IMG/VR virus record: IMGVR_UViG_3300042901_002277
Origin: a virus
DNA length: 64,000 bases
Reading direction: 5' to 3' (one strand)
How positions within the stretch are numbered: position 1 is the stretch's first letter; the number at the start of each line of letters is the position of its first letter. The notes beneath the pieces were generated by a model, which was given only the letters and a program-made list of their open reading frames with translations, was not told where the DNA came from and ran no database searches. This document shows positions 1 through 10,028 of the stretch, one piece after another. The translations under genes and the position numbers were made by a program.

Positions 1-2
1 CG

Positions 3-1904
3 GCAACTTCAAGCCCGGGTAATTTTAGTGCCTCCTCCGAAACTTCACCAATTCGCGTAAGTGGATTATCGCAAGACACTCCCTACTCGTTCACAATTCT
101 TGAGGTGGGTAGTGCTAGACCGTACTGGCAGGGAACAGTATTTGCGCAGAGCGCAAATACTTTCCCTAACACAATTGGTGCGCCATCAAATCTGACCGCA
201 ACCGATACAGGAACATCAATTCTCCTTGATTGGGACGCACCAGTTGGAGGAGGATACCTTGTTGAAAGATACGCAATTTCGTGGTCTGGAAGTCTCGGTG
301 GAGGTGGAATCGCTACAGGAAATGTTGGCGGTGCAAATGCGCTAAATACTTCTATTGAAATTCCATACTCTGTTGTCTACTCGTTCGGCGATGCTGGGGA
401 AACATTCGCCTTTCACATTCGCTCAGACAACGATACTTACAGTAAGTATTCCGCTAACTCCAACACTTTTTCAATTCAGGTGGGTGCTTCTACAATCACA
501 ACCGATACAAGCTCTACCACCTCAACCACAATTCCAACTCCAGCCGATTCGACTTCAACTACTTCAACTACTTCAACTACTACAACTACGAGTACTACTA
601 CAACTACAACTATCCCAGTAGAACCAGAACCGGAACAATCGACAACGACCACACAGCCAGTGGTAGTAGTCGCCCCCGTAGAGCCTGAGCCAGAGACCAC
701 AATCCCAGAAGACACCACGCCAGCCACAGAAGAGACGCTGCCTGAAGAAACAGAAACAGAAGAGACACTGCCAGAGTCACCAGATGAAACACTGCCATCA
801 GAAACAGAAACGGAAACAGAATCAGGTCCACTAGATGAGCCTAGTGCCGAAGCTGAAGAAATCCAAGATGCAATTGACGAGCTTCCAGTTGATGCTTCGC
901 CTGATGAAATAGGGGAAATAGTGGAAGAAGCGCTGATTGGCGCAACTGCCGAGGAAGTGGCTGAAGTTCTTTCCACGATATTTGAGGACGCAACCGATGA
1001 AGAAGTAGTAGCAATTCTTTCAGCAGTCTTTGAAGATGCAACAAGTGAAGATATTGTGGCAATTCTTTCAGAGACTTTCGCTGATGGCGCTACTGACGAA
1101 CAGGTCGCAGCTGTTACAGAAACATTGCTTTCAGACGGAGTCACCGAAGAAGCAGTATCAACACTTATTGACGTTCTTGAAAGCGGAGTAATTGACGAGT
1201 CACAAGTGGAGTCAGTAGTTGATGCAATCCTCCAAGAGGAACTTAATGAAGAAGTGGCTACACAACTTGCTACTAGCGCTGCAATTATTCAGAACATTAC
1301 TGCTGAACAAGCAACGGACATCTTTGAATCCGTGCCTGTAGGAGAATTGTCGGATTCAGAAGGTGCAGAAATTGTTAACGCAGTGCAGGACGCCCCTGTG
1401 GATGTTAAGGAATCATTTGAAGAAGAAATCAACGTATTCGCTGGTGTGTTCGACACCTATGTCCCACTTGATTCAGCCATAGATGTTGGGACAAGAAGAA
1501 GCGTTATTGCGGTAAACTTGGTGACTAGCACAGTGGCTCTTGCCGGTGCTGCTGGTGGATTACCAACCCCTTCATCATCAACTTCAACCCCAAAGCAGGA
1601 TATGGCTGCTCGCAAGCCAGAGGAAGAAGAGGCTGAAGAAGGCGGAGCAATCGAAGGCGAAGGCCCAGATTGGATTAAGCGGATATCTATTTACAAATAC
1701 GAAAACGGAGAAAGAGTTATGGACTGGAAGAATTTCACTAAGAAGTTTGTTTATGGAGTGATGGCATCTGGATTCACTCTTGCTGGAGCCGTGGTGATGT
1801 ATTTCACGCTCTCCGGATTCACTCAACAGGTTGCCCTGTGGGGTACATCAATCGCATTTGCCTGCGCGATGTACTTGCACATGAAAGAACCAGACGGAGA
1901 ATAA
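3..1904 (+). CDS. Large surface/virion-associated protein: fibronectin-III-like domain, Thr-rich and acidic stalk, two C-terminal TM helices; 5'-truncated
   Basis: Frame is open from base 3, upstream of the GTG at 105; APSNLTATD..ILLDWDAP Fn3-like motif; poly-Thr and Glu-rich tracts; hydrophobic C-terminus. Confidence 0.7.
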   Translation, partial: ATSSPGNFSASSETSPIRVSGLSQDTPYSFTILEVGSARPYWQGTVFAQSANTFPNTIGAPSNLTATDTGTSILLDWDAPVGGGYLVERYAISWSGSLGGGGIATGNVGGANALNTSIEIPYSVVYSFGDAGETFAFHIRSDNDTYSKYSANSNTFSIQVGASTITTDTSSTTSTTIPTPADSTSTTSTTSTTTTTSTTTTTTIPVEPEPEQSTTTTQPVVVVAPVEPEPETTIPEDTTPATEETLPEETETEETLPESPDETLPSETETETESGPLDEPSAEAEEIQDAIDELPVDASPDEIGEIVEEALIGATAEEVAEVLSTIFEDATDEEVVAILSAVFEDATSEDIVAILSETFADGATDEQVAAVTETLLSDGVTEEAVSTLIDVLESGVIDESQVESVVDAILQEELNEEVATQLATSAAIIQNITAEQATDIFESVPVGELSDSEGAEIVNAVQDAPVDVKESFEEEINVFAGVFDTYVPLDSAIDVGTRRSVIAVNLVTSTVALAGAAGGLPTPSSSTSTPKQDMAARKPEEEEAEEGGAIEGEGPDWIKRISIYKYENGERVMDWKNFTKKFVYGVMASGFTLAGAVVMYFTLSGFTQQVALWGTSIAFACAMYLHMKEPDGE

Positions 1905-1994
1905 GTACTTTATTTAGTAACTTATTATTATCCAACTTTTGTTGTAAAATCTTGTAGCGCTATTAGGCGTTTTCGGCGATTTTTATGAAAAGAG

Positions 1995-2768
1995 TTGACA
2001 ATGAAAAAGCTTGCTTGGGACTACATCGTCCCCGTAGTTCTCCCAAAAGACCTTAAAGGCATTGAGCCAGGCAAGCTTCCAGCCAATCTCTTGAAGGCAG
2101 TACCCGGTGGTGGGAAGATGCATTGGATTGCCGCATGCGCATGGACCGCGATGGTCGAGAAGGCAAAGGCTGAAGGAGTTGAACTAAAACCGACTTCCAG
2201 CGGCGACACATATCGCGATTACGAGACTCAGAAAAAAGGATTTCTAACCCGCTACACACTTGACCCAGTGGCCGGAACCAGCACTAAGACATTTGAAGGA
2301 AAGACCTGGTATCTCAAGAAGGGTATGGCAATGCTTGCGACACCGGGTAAATCGCAGCATAACCTCGGCTTGGCCGTTGACGTTCATTCAGCGTCAGAGC
2401 CAAAGCGCCTTAACTGGCTAATAGCAAATGTCAAGGAGTTCGGCTTCTCATGGGAAGTAGTTCCAAGCGAACCATGGCATCTCCGATATGTCTCAGGGGA
2501 CAACGCTCCAGCATCAGTGAAGGCATGGATGGAAGCAAACGGAGTGACCGCTCCAGCAGCAGGTGCCCCTGTAACAGCAGCAGGAGCCCGTGGAGAGCAC
2601 ACAGCACTCCAAGAAGCCCTGAAGGCTAAGGGTTTCTATAAGGGCAATGTAGATGGGGCCATGTCTCCAGCATTACAGGAAGCCGTCAAAGCATTCAAAG
2701 TTGCCAACAAGCTTGCAGCAGACTCTGTAGTTGGTCCAAAAGTAAAAGAACTTCTCGGGCTGAAGTAG
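1995..2768 (+). CDS. Endolysin: M15 (VanY-like) zinc peptidase plus C-terminal peptidoglycan-binding domain
   Basis: SQHNLGLAVD and EPWHLRY M15 motifs; LQEALKAKGFY..VDG..AVKAFK..L.ADSVVGP PG_binding_1 pattern. Confidence 0.85.
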   Translation: MTMKKLAWDYIVPVVLPKDLKGIEPGKLPANLLKAVPGGGKMHWIAACAWTAMVEKAKAEGVELKPTSSGDTYRDYETQKKGFLTRYTLDPVAGTSTKTFEGKTWYLKKGMAMLATPGKSQHNLGLAVDVHSASEPKRLNWLIANVKEFGFSWEVVPSEPWHLRYVSGDNAPASVKAWMEANGVTAPAAGAPVTAAGARGEHTALQEALKAKGFYKGNVDGAMSPALQEAVKAFKVANKLAADSVVGPKVKELLGLK

Positions 2769-2770
2769 CC

Positions 2771-3019
2771 ATGACCGAAATAATCGTTGCTCTTGTTGGT
2801 GTTATTGGACTTATAGCCGTAACCCTCATCGAAAAAGACCGTCGCTCATCAAAACTGATGTGGGAAGAAAACAAGGCAGACCACAACTACGTTGTCGAGA
2901 AGATTGAAACTCTTGGCAAAAGTCTTGGACGCTCAATTGATAAAACCAATAAATCACTCGACAGGGTAGAAGACAAACTGGACACACACATTCGCGACCA
3001 TGCAATAGGAGACCTCTAA
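2771..3019 (+). CDS. Small membrane protein with coiled coil (holin/lysis accessory candidate)
   Basis: N-terminal TM, directly after the endolysin. Confidence 0.55.
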   Translation: MTEIIVALVGVIGLIAVTLIEKDRRSSKLMWEENKADHNYVVEKIETLGKSLGRSIDKTNKSLDRVEDKLDTHIRDHAIGDL

Positions 3020-3252
3020 TGGCAAGTGGAAAGCCAGCTAAAAGAAACGTATCAAACACTGTTGTTTCAACACCAAAAATTGACGATGGCCAAAACGTAC
3101 TTTACGTTGGCGCCGGTAAATCTGTGTTTCATAAATGCCCTGTTTGCAGTAAGTCAACAGGTAAGGGAATGGTCAGAGAATACAAAAACGAGCTTTATTG
3201 CTCACGCGGTTGCGTCATGTCGCATAAGTCAAAAACGGAAGTATCAGCATGA
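3019..3252 (+). CDS. Small Cys-rich (zinc-finger-like) protein
   Basis: CPVC...CSRGC; overlapping start/stop with neighbours. Confidence 0.5.
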   Translation: MASGKPAKRNVSNTVVSTPKIDDGQNVLYVGAGKSVFHKCPVCSKSTGKGMVREYKNELYCSRGCVMSHKSKTEVSA

Positions 3253-3518
3253 AAAAGGATTTACTGATAAATGTCTCACTTAGAATTCTTGCTACTTTCG
3301 CCGCATCTGGTCTTGGCGTTATCGGTGCAGGAACTATCGCTGGTGTTCCAGTACTCAAGGCTGTCTTCATGGCTGGAATTGGAGGGGTTGCAGTAGTTAT
3401 CGAAGGTCTCTCTAGAGCGTTCCTTGATGATGGGAAGCTTACAGCATCAGAAATAAACGACGTATTCACCAAAGTCGATAAGAAGCCTGCGAAAGCAAAG
3501 GCGAATGAAACGGCTTAG
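3249..3518 (+). CDS. Holin-like two-TM protein
   Basis: Two hydrophobic helices, basic C-terminal tail, lysis context. Confidence 0.55.
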   Translation: MKKDLLINVSLRILATFAASGLGVIGAGTIAGVPVLKAVFMAGIGGVAVVIEGLSRAFLDDGKLTASEINDVFTKVDKKPAKAKANETA

Positions 3519-3729
3519 TCTTGTCCTCGTCTCACTTTTTGCTCTTGCTTCTTGTGGTTATGATGGTGCATATAGGTATTCTTGCCAAGACCCTGAAAAC
3601 TGGGGCGCTCCAGAATGTGAGCCACCGATATGCAAGGTAGATGGCGCGTGCACAGAAACGCTGCTTGGATGGGACCCGACAGAGACAACCTTAGAAATTA
3701 CACAAGATACAGGAGATTCAGATGGCTGA
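3505..3729 (+). CDS. Small lipoprotein
   Basis: Signal peptide with lipobox LASC. Confidence 0.6.
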   Translation: MKRLSLVLVSLFALASCGYDGAYRYSCQDPENWGAPECEPPICKVDGACTETLLGWDPTETTLEITQDTGDSDG

Positions 3730-4417
3730 TAAAAATGGCGACGGGATTGTTTATCATTGTTCAGATTGTGGCGATGACAATGTAAGAATGTACCTTGCAG
3801 GCGGCGATTGGCCAGGTTCGGCCTGTGAAACATGGGGGCTTACCAGTACGGCAATAAGGTACGTTCACGACCACCCTGAGATGAATCACAGACTTGAAGA
3901 CTTGCTCGCTATGGAAATCGCACCAATAATTGCGCCAATAGGCGAATTCATAGAAGAGGGTTATGAAAAAGTAAAAGAAGGCGTGATTGATGCATACCAT
4001 TGGGTGGATGAAAACGGTTGCAACATAGCCGTAACTGCAGCAATCTCTGCTGGGGTTATTGCGTTCTTCACACCGGCACAACCAGAAGGTGCTGCGACAT
4101 CAAGCGCTCTATCGCTGATGGCACAGCCAGTTCTCTATGTTACAGATATGGCGGCAAAAGCGGTGGTGGTAGCAGAGATGAGCAATCTCATAACAGATAC
4201 ATTCTTGTTAATACCATACGTAAGCGACAGTATTGACCGCACACTACTGAACAACATAATCTCAAATTGTTTGGCTAAAAGCTTAGATTCAGCAGCATTA
4301 TGGGCAACACCGGCAGGTGTTGGTATTGCAATTGGCGCGGCATTTGCACCTGTTATTGCAGATTTGATTTGCAAAAAAACCTGTCCCGAAGGATTCACAA
4401 AGGCATTTGGTGCGTAA
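3722..4417 (+). CDS. Hypothetical protein with hydrophobic C-terminal half
   Basis: 231-aa ORF coupled to neighbours. Confidence 0.55.
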   Translation: MADKNGDGIVYHCSDCGDDNVRMYLAGGDWPGSACETWGLTSTAIRYVHDHPEMNHRLEDLLAMEIAPIIAPIGEFIEEGYEKVKEGVIDAYHWVDENGCNIAVTAAISAGVIAFFTPAQPEGAATSSALSLMAQPVLYVTDMAAKAVVVAEMSNLITDTFLLIPYVSDSIDRTLLNNIISNCLAKSLDSAALWATPAGVGIAIGAAFAPVIADLICKKTCPEGFTKAFGA

Positions 4418-4717
4418 ATGATAAATAAACCAAACACCCGTCCAAGACTGACACCAGCGGAACTAGATGCCCGCCTTAAGTTTGTTATTGGCTGCATGCT
4501 TGGATTTGTTCTCCTTATCACAACCGTTGGAGTCCTTTGGGCACTCGTATTCGTGACGCAGCCAATTGGTGCTCAGGCCGAAAATGACAAGATGTTCTTT
4601 GGGGTTCTATCCTCGGTTGCCACATTTATCACCGGAACTTTGGCTGGGTTGATGATTTCAACAGGTCGTAATGCAGAAGACAAAAACGGTAACGGGATTC
4701 CAGACAGCGAAGAGTAA
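4418..4717 (+). CDS. Two-TM membrane protein
   Basis: Two TM segments; DKNGNGIPD tail. Confidence 0.6.
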   Translation: MINKPNTRPRLTPAELDARLKFVIGCMLGFVLLITTVGVLWALVFVTQPIGAQAENDKMFFGVLSSVATFITGTLAGLMISTGRNAEDKNGNGIPDSEE

Positions 4718-4728
4718 ATCAATACTAG

Positions 4729-5694
4729 TTAGAAATTTTTTGCAAGGTTTTCAGCTAAGTGCCAATGACCATGAGAGCCAAAGTGTGGTGGCCCGTAACC
4801 TTCAAAACTATTAAATTTAGTATTTACGGTTGATAGAAGCAATTTATCTAACTCTTCTTTTGATGGGACGCCATTCATGTATTTCTTGGGCACATTATAT
4901 CTATCCCAGCCAAAATCAAAACAACCATTTGATTTTTCTTTCAACCAATCACAACATGGTAAATCTTCATGAGTTTGAGAAACTAACCGATAGTCATTTT
5001 TTATTTTGTCATACTCAAAATGATGATAAGAATTAGTAAAATAACCAGCAAGTTCAAAACTTATATATGAATCAAATGTTTCCAAATAAACATCTTCTGA
5101 TAAAGTTTTTTCATTGGTCCACTGCTGCCATACCAGTTTTATTTTAGCGGCTTTGCATATGGATTCCAGCATGCTTAATGCAATAAGACTCTGACTTACT
5201 GACTGCTCTTCATTGAATCCATATTCATTTCCGCTTCCCTTTGAAGTGCAGTCCACACTAACCCCCTTTTCGTTGGGGTGCTCATACCTTAGAAGTTCAG
5301 GAAATGTGCATAGAACTATTTTAGGAGCACCATATATCCTAATATAATTAGAGAGCATTCGCACCTGACGGGCAATACCGCATCCAGCCTTGCCAAGGTT
5401 GACAAAATCATTTACGCCGATTAATTTCGAAACAAAATTTGGCCATGTAAAATCTACCGGAACCCCAACACCCAGGGTATAAGAACAACCAAGCACAATC
5501 ATTTCAGTATTTTCATGAAACTCTTGCGACCTAAAATTATGTTGGTTCATTGTATATGAATATATTGATGGTTGATAGTACTCTTTATACCTATCAATAT
5601 ATGGGCAAATTCGCCCAGTTTTTTTTTCACTAAAAAAAATTCCGTCTAGGGCTTTATGTCTTGCGTTGTTTTCGGGTGTGTATTTTCTTATCAT
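4729..5694 (-). CDS. SGNH/GDSL-like hydrolase or acyltransferase
   Basis: LGCSYTLG (block I), NLGKAG (block II), C-terminal PHFG..GH. Confidence 0.55.
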   Translation of the reverse strand: MIRKYTPENNARHKALDGIFFSEKKTGRICPYIDRYKEYYQPSIYSYTMNQHNFRSQEFHENTEMIVLGCSYTLGVGVPVDFTWPNFVSKLIGVNDFVNLGKAGCGIARQVRMLSNYIRIYGAPKIVLCTFPELLRYEHPNEKGVSVDCTSKGSGNEYGFNEEQSVSQSLIALSMLESICKAAKIKLVWQQWTNEKTLSEDVYLETFDSYISFELAGYFTNSYHHFEYDKIKNDYRLVSQTHEDLPCCDWLKEKSNGCFDFGWDRYNVPKKYMNGVPSKEELDKLLLSTVNTKFNSFEGYGPPHFGSHGHWHLAENLAKNF

Positions 5695-5805
5695 GGTAAA
5701 TAATATTTAAATTAGTAGGTGTACGTTGACTTTTTTCTAGATTTTTTTCTTATAAACACCCTTATTAGTCTTGTGAACCGTTTTATTTTTTTTTTAATCA
5801 CAATT

Positions 5806-7233
5806 TCATACTATCATAATTTTATGTGTCTTGTTCCAGGCATAAACATCTTCCAAATCGTCAAGAAGGGGTTGCCCCTTTATGTTAAGACTTGTATTTA
5901 GCAATACAGGAATTCCTGTTTTGTTGTTCCATTCAGATAAAAGTCCATAAAGTCCTGGGTGTTGTTTTTTGTTTACCGTTTGAACACGAGATGTTCCGTC
6001 AGCATGAACAACCGCGGGTATTAAGTCTGGTCTTTTACACCTAACCGCATATTGCATATATGGGCTGGCCCTGTCTATTTCGAACCAAGATGAAACATGT
6101 TCTTCAAGGATTACTGGGGCAAAAGGCCTGAATCTTTCTCTCCCCTTAATCCGATTCACTAAGTCTTTTGTTGATTTTTCCCTGGGGTCTGCAAAGATGC
6201 TCCTATTACCCAATGCTCGTGGGCCGAACTCGGCCCTACCTACTGCTACTGGCACTATTTTTTCAGACAAAAGAACACTTAGCGCTTTTTCTACCGGGTA
6301 TTCCCCTGAAATGTTGGTGCCGAGATAAGGTCCATCCCATTCGACGTGACTACCACGAACCGCAACAGCCGCACCGATACTGCTGCCAGCATCGCCCGGG
6401 TTTGGCATTATCCAGATATTTTCAAAAACATCAAACAGGCGGGTATTAGCGGAACAGTTCAGGGCGCACCCACCCATAAATACCAAATTTTTTTTCTTAG
6501 TTTTTTTCTTTGCAAAATTCATAAATTCGACAAGTCTCATCTCATAAACTGCCTGAACCGCTGCGGCTATATGGAATTTGTTTTTTTCTGTCAGCTCAAT
6601 CTGCAAATTTTTAACACCGTAGTGGAAAAAATTGTTTTGCTGGTGTATTGTTGGGAAGAGTTTATTTATCTCAGAAAAGTAAACATTTGAGTCTCCGTAT
6701 GCTGCCATACCCATCATTATGTACTCTTCCTCGTTTGGTTTTAAACCAATATATTGGGTAAAGGCTGAATAAAATAATCCAAAACTAAAAGGGTATCCGT
6801 CGGAATAAACTTTTTTCACCTTATTGCCGCTGGCGGACCAAATTGTTGTTGTTTCGAATTCACCTATTCCGTCTAAAACAACTATCACAGCATCATCAAA
6901 ATTGCTTGTGTAATACCCAGCACAAGCATGAGAGTAGTGATGTTTGAATTTAACTATTTTGGAATTTGGAAAAAATTCAGAGACGCTATCAAATGGATTG
7001 TTGCTTCCACCAAACAGTCTGACCCGCACTTTTTTAGAAAATGGTTTTTCGTAATATGCAATAACATCTGGATTTCCAAATGATAGAGCTTTGTCAATTA
7101 TTTTTCTATTTATATTCCAGTCATTTTTAATTTTACTATAACGTTCTGAGTGTGCAGCAAATAAAATTTTTCCGCTGTCTACAACAGACACTCCAGCATC
7201 GTGCGAGCAAGCGTTTATTCCTAAGATAAGCAT
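5806..7233 (-). CDS. Carbamoyltransferase, NodU/CmcH/TobZ family
   Basis: HDAG, ERYSKIK, HHYSHA, DGIGE, MGMAAYG, GGCALN, PGDAG, EFGPRALGNRS, RPFAP, HADGTSRVQ, LNTSLN motifs. Confidence 0.95.
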   Translation of the reverse strand: MLILGINACSHDAGVSVVDSGKILFAAHSERYSKIKNDWNINRKIIDKALSFGNPDVIAYYEKPFSKKVRVRLFGGSNNPFDSVSEFFPNSKIVKFKHHYSHACAGYYTSNFDDAVIVVLDGIGEFETTTIWSASGNKVKKVYSDGYPFSFGLFYSAFTQYIGLKPNEEEYIMMGMAAYGDSNVYFSEINKLFPTIHQQNNFFHYGVKNLQIELTEKNKFHIAAAVQAVYEMRLVEFMNFAKKKTKKKNLVFMGGCALNCSANTRLFDVFENIWIMPNPGDAGSSIGAAVAVRGSHVEWDGPYLGTNISGEYPVEKALSVLLSEKIVPVAVGRAEFGPRALGNRSIFADPREKSTKDLVNRIKGRERFRPFAPVILEEHVSSWFEIDRASPYMQYAVRCKRPDLIPAVVHADGTSRVQTVNKKQHPGLYGLLSEWNNKTGIPVLLNTSLNIKGQPLLDDLEDVYAWNKTHKIMIV

Positions 7234-7248
7234 CTGATAAAAATAACT

Positions 7249-8070
7249 TTAATTTTTGTAAACAAAACCACCATGCCCATTTTTCCCAAAAAATTTAATT
7301 TCATTTTTTGTATCTTGACACAAACTGCCATACCCAAGACCTAGGTCAGAAAACGAAAATGACATATTATCTCTCCTGAAGTCGTTCCAAACCTGCGACC
7401 CATTTAACTCTATAATTTGTTCTTGGTCAAAGAATTCAACAAAATTAACGGCCTCTGGGTTTTTCCTGTATATATCAGCAAATGACTGGGGGCCGGTAAG
7501 TGCGAAGCCAATGAGATTTCTCCCACTTTTAATTTCTTTCAAACATTTATTTTTTACGTTTTCTAAAAGCAATGTGATGAAATAGCCACCAGGTTTTGTT
7601 GCAAAAACCGAATTTGTTATCTCCCTTATAAAATTTTTTCCGTCAATAACTGAATTTGATTTTTCGAGTGTTTCTGAATTATGTTTTTTAAAATCATGAG
7701 TATTTGAGGTTTCTTCATTGCAAAATATATTGGAAGATTCAATAACAAAATCTGCATCCATATTTATAAATGATGATACTGGCTTAATGCATACAGTATC
7801 AATATCTGCATATATCCCACCGTATTTGTATAGACACAGAAGTCTCCAGATATCCGCTTTGGTTATTTCTGAATCAGAAAGTTTAAATATGTTTAACCAC
7901 TCTTTCCCAAAATTGTCAAATATAAAATCTGCAAAGGCAGAATTTGGTACATATTCGTACAAAAAATCTGGATTCTCTACAGACCAAGAAAGGCTTGGTC
8001 CCTGCATATATGCAGGTAAGTCATTTTGAGTTTGGTACTTATGTGTTTGCCATATTTTTTTAGGAATCAT
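7249..8070 (-). CDS. DXD-motif glycosyltransferase (GT32/Och1-like)
   Basis: IPKKIWQT, KADIWR..LYKYGGIYADID, TGP motifs. Confidence 0.9.
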   Translation of the reverse strand: MIPKKIWQTHKYQTQNDLPAYMQGPSLSWSVENPDFLYEYVPNSAFADFIFDNFGKEWLNIFKLSDSEITKADIWRLLCLYKYGGIYADIDTVCIKPVSSFINMDADFVIESSNIFCNEETSNTHDFKKHNSETLEKSNSVIDGKNFIREITNSVFATKPGGYFITLLLENVKNKCLKEIKSGRNLIGFALTGPQSFADIYRKNPEAVNFVEFFDQEQIIELNGSQVWNDFRRDNMSFSFSDLGLGYGSLCQDTKNEIKFFGKNGHGGFVYKN

Positions 8071-8080
8071 TTATTTCTCT

Positions 8081-8452
8081 CTACCTTATCCAAAAGCCAC
8101 CACAATCCCTCAAAAAAAGATGCGCCAGAATTATCTCGTTTTGTTGCAAAAATATTTTTTGATTTTTCCCCAAAAAATTTGCAATAGATTGTTTATAATC
8201 ATCCAGTTCCACCCTATCGTCACGATATTTTATTAATTGAACGACCATGTGAAGCTTTTCTGAAATGTCTTTACATCGTTCGTGGCTAAATATAATTCCG
8301 CAGTCATTAAGTAACATTTTATTTTTTTCTTCAAAACTAATCGCCTTAATAGACGCTAAAATTTGCAGGAATTCTGGCCATGACCAAATATTCATACGTA
8401 CACAAATACCAAGATGTGAATTTGGGTTTTCCCCAACCATCTCATAAGCCAT
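8081..8452 (-). CDS. Hypothetical protein, divergent paralog of 26476..26994
   Basis: RMNIWSW...FLRDCGGF versus RNNVWWW...FLENCGGF. Confidence 0.6.
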   Translation of the reverse strand: MAYEMVGENPNSHLGICVRMNIWSWPEFLQILASIKAISFEEKNKMLLNDCGIIFSHERCKDISEKLHMVVQLIKYRDDRVELDDYKQSIANFLGKNQKIFLQQNEIILAHLFLRDCGGFWIR

Positions 8453-8826
8453 AACATAAAGATAGCAGAGCGGATTTCAACGGTTTTTCAATAAAAATCA
8501 AGCAGTCTGGAAATTGATGAAAGTCTCAATTGACTGGTAGCATCCATCCGGGAGGTTTAATATGCCAGTAAAAGGTGGGTACCAGGCTCGCAAGGACTAT
8601 GAGCGTGAACGCAAAAATCGTAAGCGTATTGAGGCCTATATGAAATTACCCGAGCCAGAACGCTCCAGAAGGCTGGAAGCGAATATTAGGCGCAGAGCAT
8701 ACCAGATGAGATGGACTCAGGAAAAAACAGACTTTTAGTTCATACCCTGTTTATTCCAAAATAGTGGTAATTTCTTTATGTACACGACCTGCTTTGGGAT
8801 TGGCGAGTTTTTTCAGATTTATCCAA

Positions 8827-9162
8827 ATGGCCTCCAACAATAACGCTGACATGCTTTGGCATGATGATGGGCACTCTATAACCCTGCGCATAAACAGGTC
8901 TGAATTGGAAGTTCTTTCTATTACCTGCCCAAAGACCGATGACCGTAAATGCGCCTCCGAAGAACACGACTGTGTTGTTGAGTATTACATTCATCGATTT
9001 GGGATGGAATGCAATGCTGGAGTTTGCCCTGCCGCGGAAAACATACCAATCTGCTGGACGCTTCTCGGAGACCAAAAAAACCTCGACTTAGCGCAAGTCT
9101 GGTTTATGCCAAAAACCGATGACCTTTTCTCGGCATGGCTTATTGCCACTAAAAATATCTAA
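8827..9162 (+). CDS. Hypothetical Cys-containing protein
   Basis: Start chosen at internal ATG (MASNN) of ORF 8764..9162. Confidence 0.55.
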   Translation: MASNNNADMLWHDDGHSITLRINRSELEVLSITCPKTDDRKCASEEHDCVVEYYIHRFGMECNAGVCPAAENIPICWTLLGDQKNLDLAQVWFMPKTDDLFSAWLIATKNI

Positions 9163-9617
9163 AAAGGTTCGTCGTCTTTCTGTTTGGTTGCCGAGGTTTC
9201 TTTCTTTGTCGGCTTCCCAAGTGCTGATATAGCATCAGAAAACTTGCGTATATCAGGGTGTTTTAGAACCTCTTCTTCGTTGACTTTGTAGATATTTTGT
9301 CGGTTCACTTTTGTCTTTGTAATTAACCCTGATGCAATAAGGGTTTTAACAGTTTTGTCAATCATGGTTTCGCTCAAGTCAAGATAAACAGAAATTGCCC
9401 GTTGAGTTAGTTTTGGGTCTTCGCTTAAAACTACGAGAACGCGACCAGCGGTTGACAAAAGACTAATCACGTCGTCGTTGTGGTATCTGAACACCTTCTG
9501 TTTATCGAGGGCTCGCATTACGGCTTCAACAGCGTCCCCTTCTAAATCAGATTGATTGACACCAAGAGCAGCCTGGATGGCTTTTTTTACCTCTTCTGCC
9601 CTATTGTCATTTTTCAT
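9159..9617 (-). CDS. Winged-helix (MarR-like) DNA-binding protein
   Basis: LTQRAISVYLDLSETMIDKTVKTLIASGLITKTK..RQNIY wHTH pattern. Confidence 0.75.
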   Translation of the reverse strand: MKNDNRAEEVKKAIQAALGVNQSDLEGDAVEAVMRALDKQKVFRYHNDDVISLLSTAGRVLVVLSEDPKLTQRAISVYLDLSETMIDKTVKTLIASGLITKTKVNRQNIYKVNEEEVLKHPDIRKFSDAISALGKPTKKETSATKQKDDEPF

Positions 9618-9749
9618 AAAATCTACCTAGGTGTGCCTGTTGTCCAAATCACAATGGTGTAGTATCTCTGTTGGGTCACTGATACCGCACTTGCGGTCTT
9701 AGTGAGCGGAACTCACAAGACCTACAACCTAGGAGATTAGCAGGTAAAT

Positions 9750-10028
9750 ATGCCACTCAAAGACACACTCAAATTAATCGCGGATAAATCCGGAATGGGC
9801 TCGATGTGCAAGTTTGGGAAGATTTATTCCGATATGGACGCAGAGACGAAAGACGCCCTTCGCAGTGCCATGACGAGTAGCGCATCAACAATGGATATCT
9901 GCAGGGCCTTAAACGATGATGGAATCAAAATCCGCAGAGAGTTCTTGGCGGAGAAAAGAAAGTGCTTCTCATCAATTTCAGCAGCATCAAACTGTTGCCT
10001 TAACTCAGAAAGTAACGCACCAAAATGA
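9750..10028 (+). CDS. Hypothetical protein
   Basis: First ORF of a + strand operon; overlaps the next start. Confidence 0.55.
   Translation: MPLKDTLKLIADKSGMGSMCKFGKIYSDMDAETKDALRSAMTSSASTMDICRALNDDGIKIRREFLAEKRKCFSSISAASNCCLNSESNAPK

Noticed and set aside
476-1144. 222-aa antisense ORF (also 17387..18319, 47565..48044, 61224..61955 and many short ones)
   Set aside because: Shadow frames opposite better-supported genes, often caused by low-complexity codons
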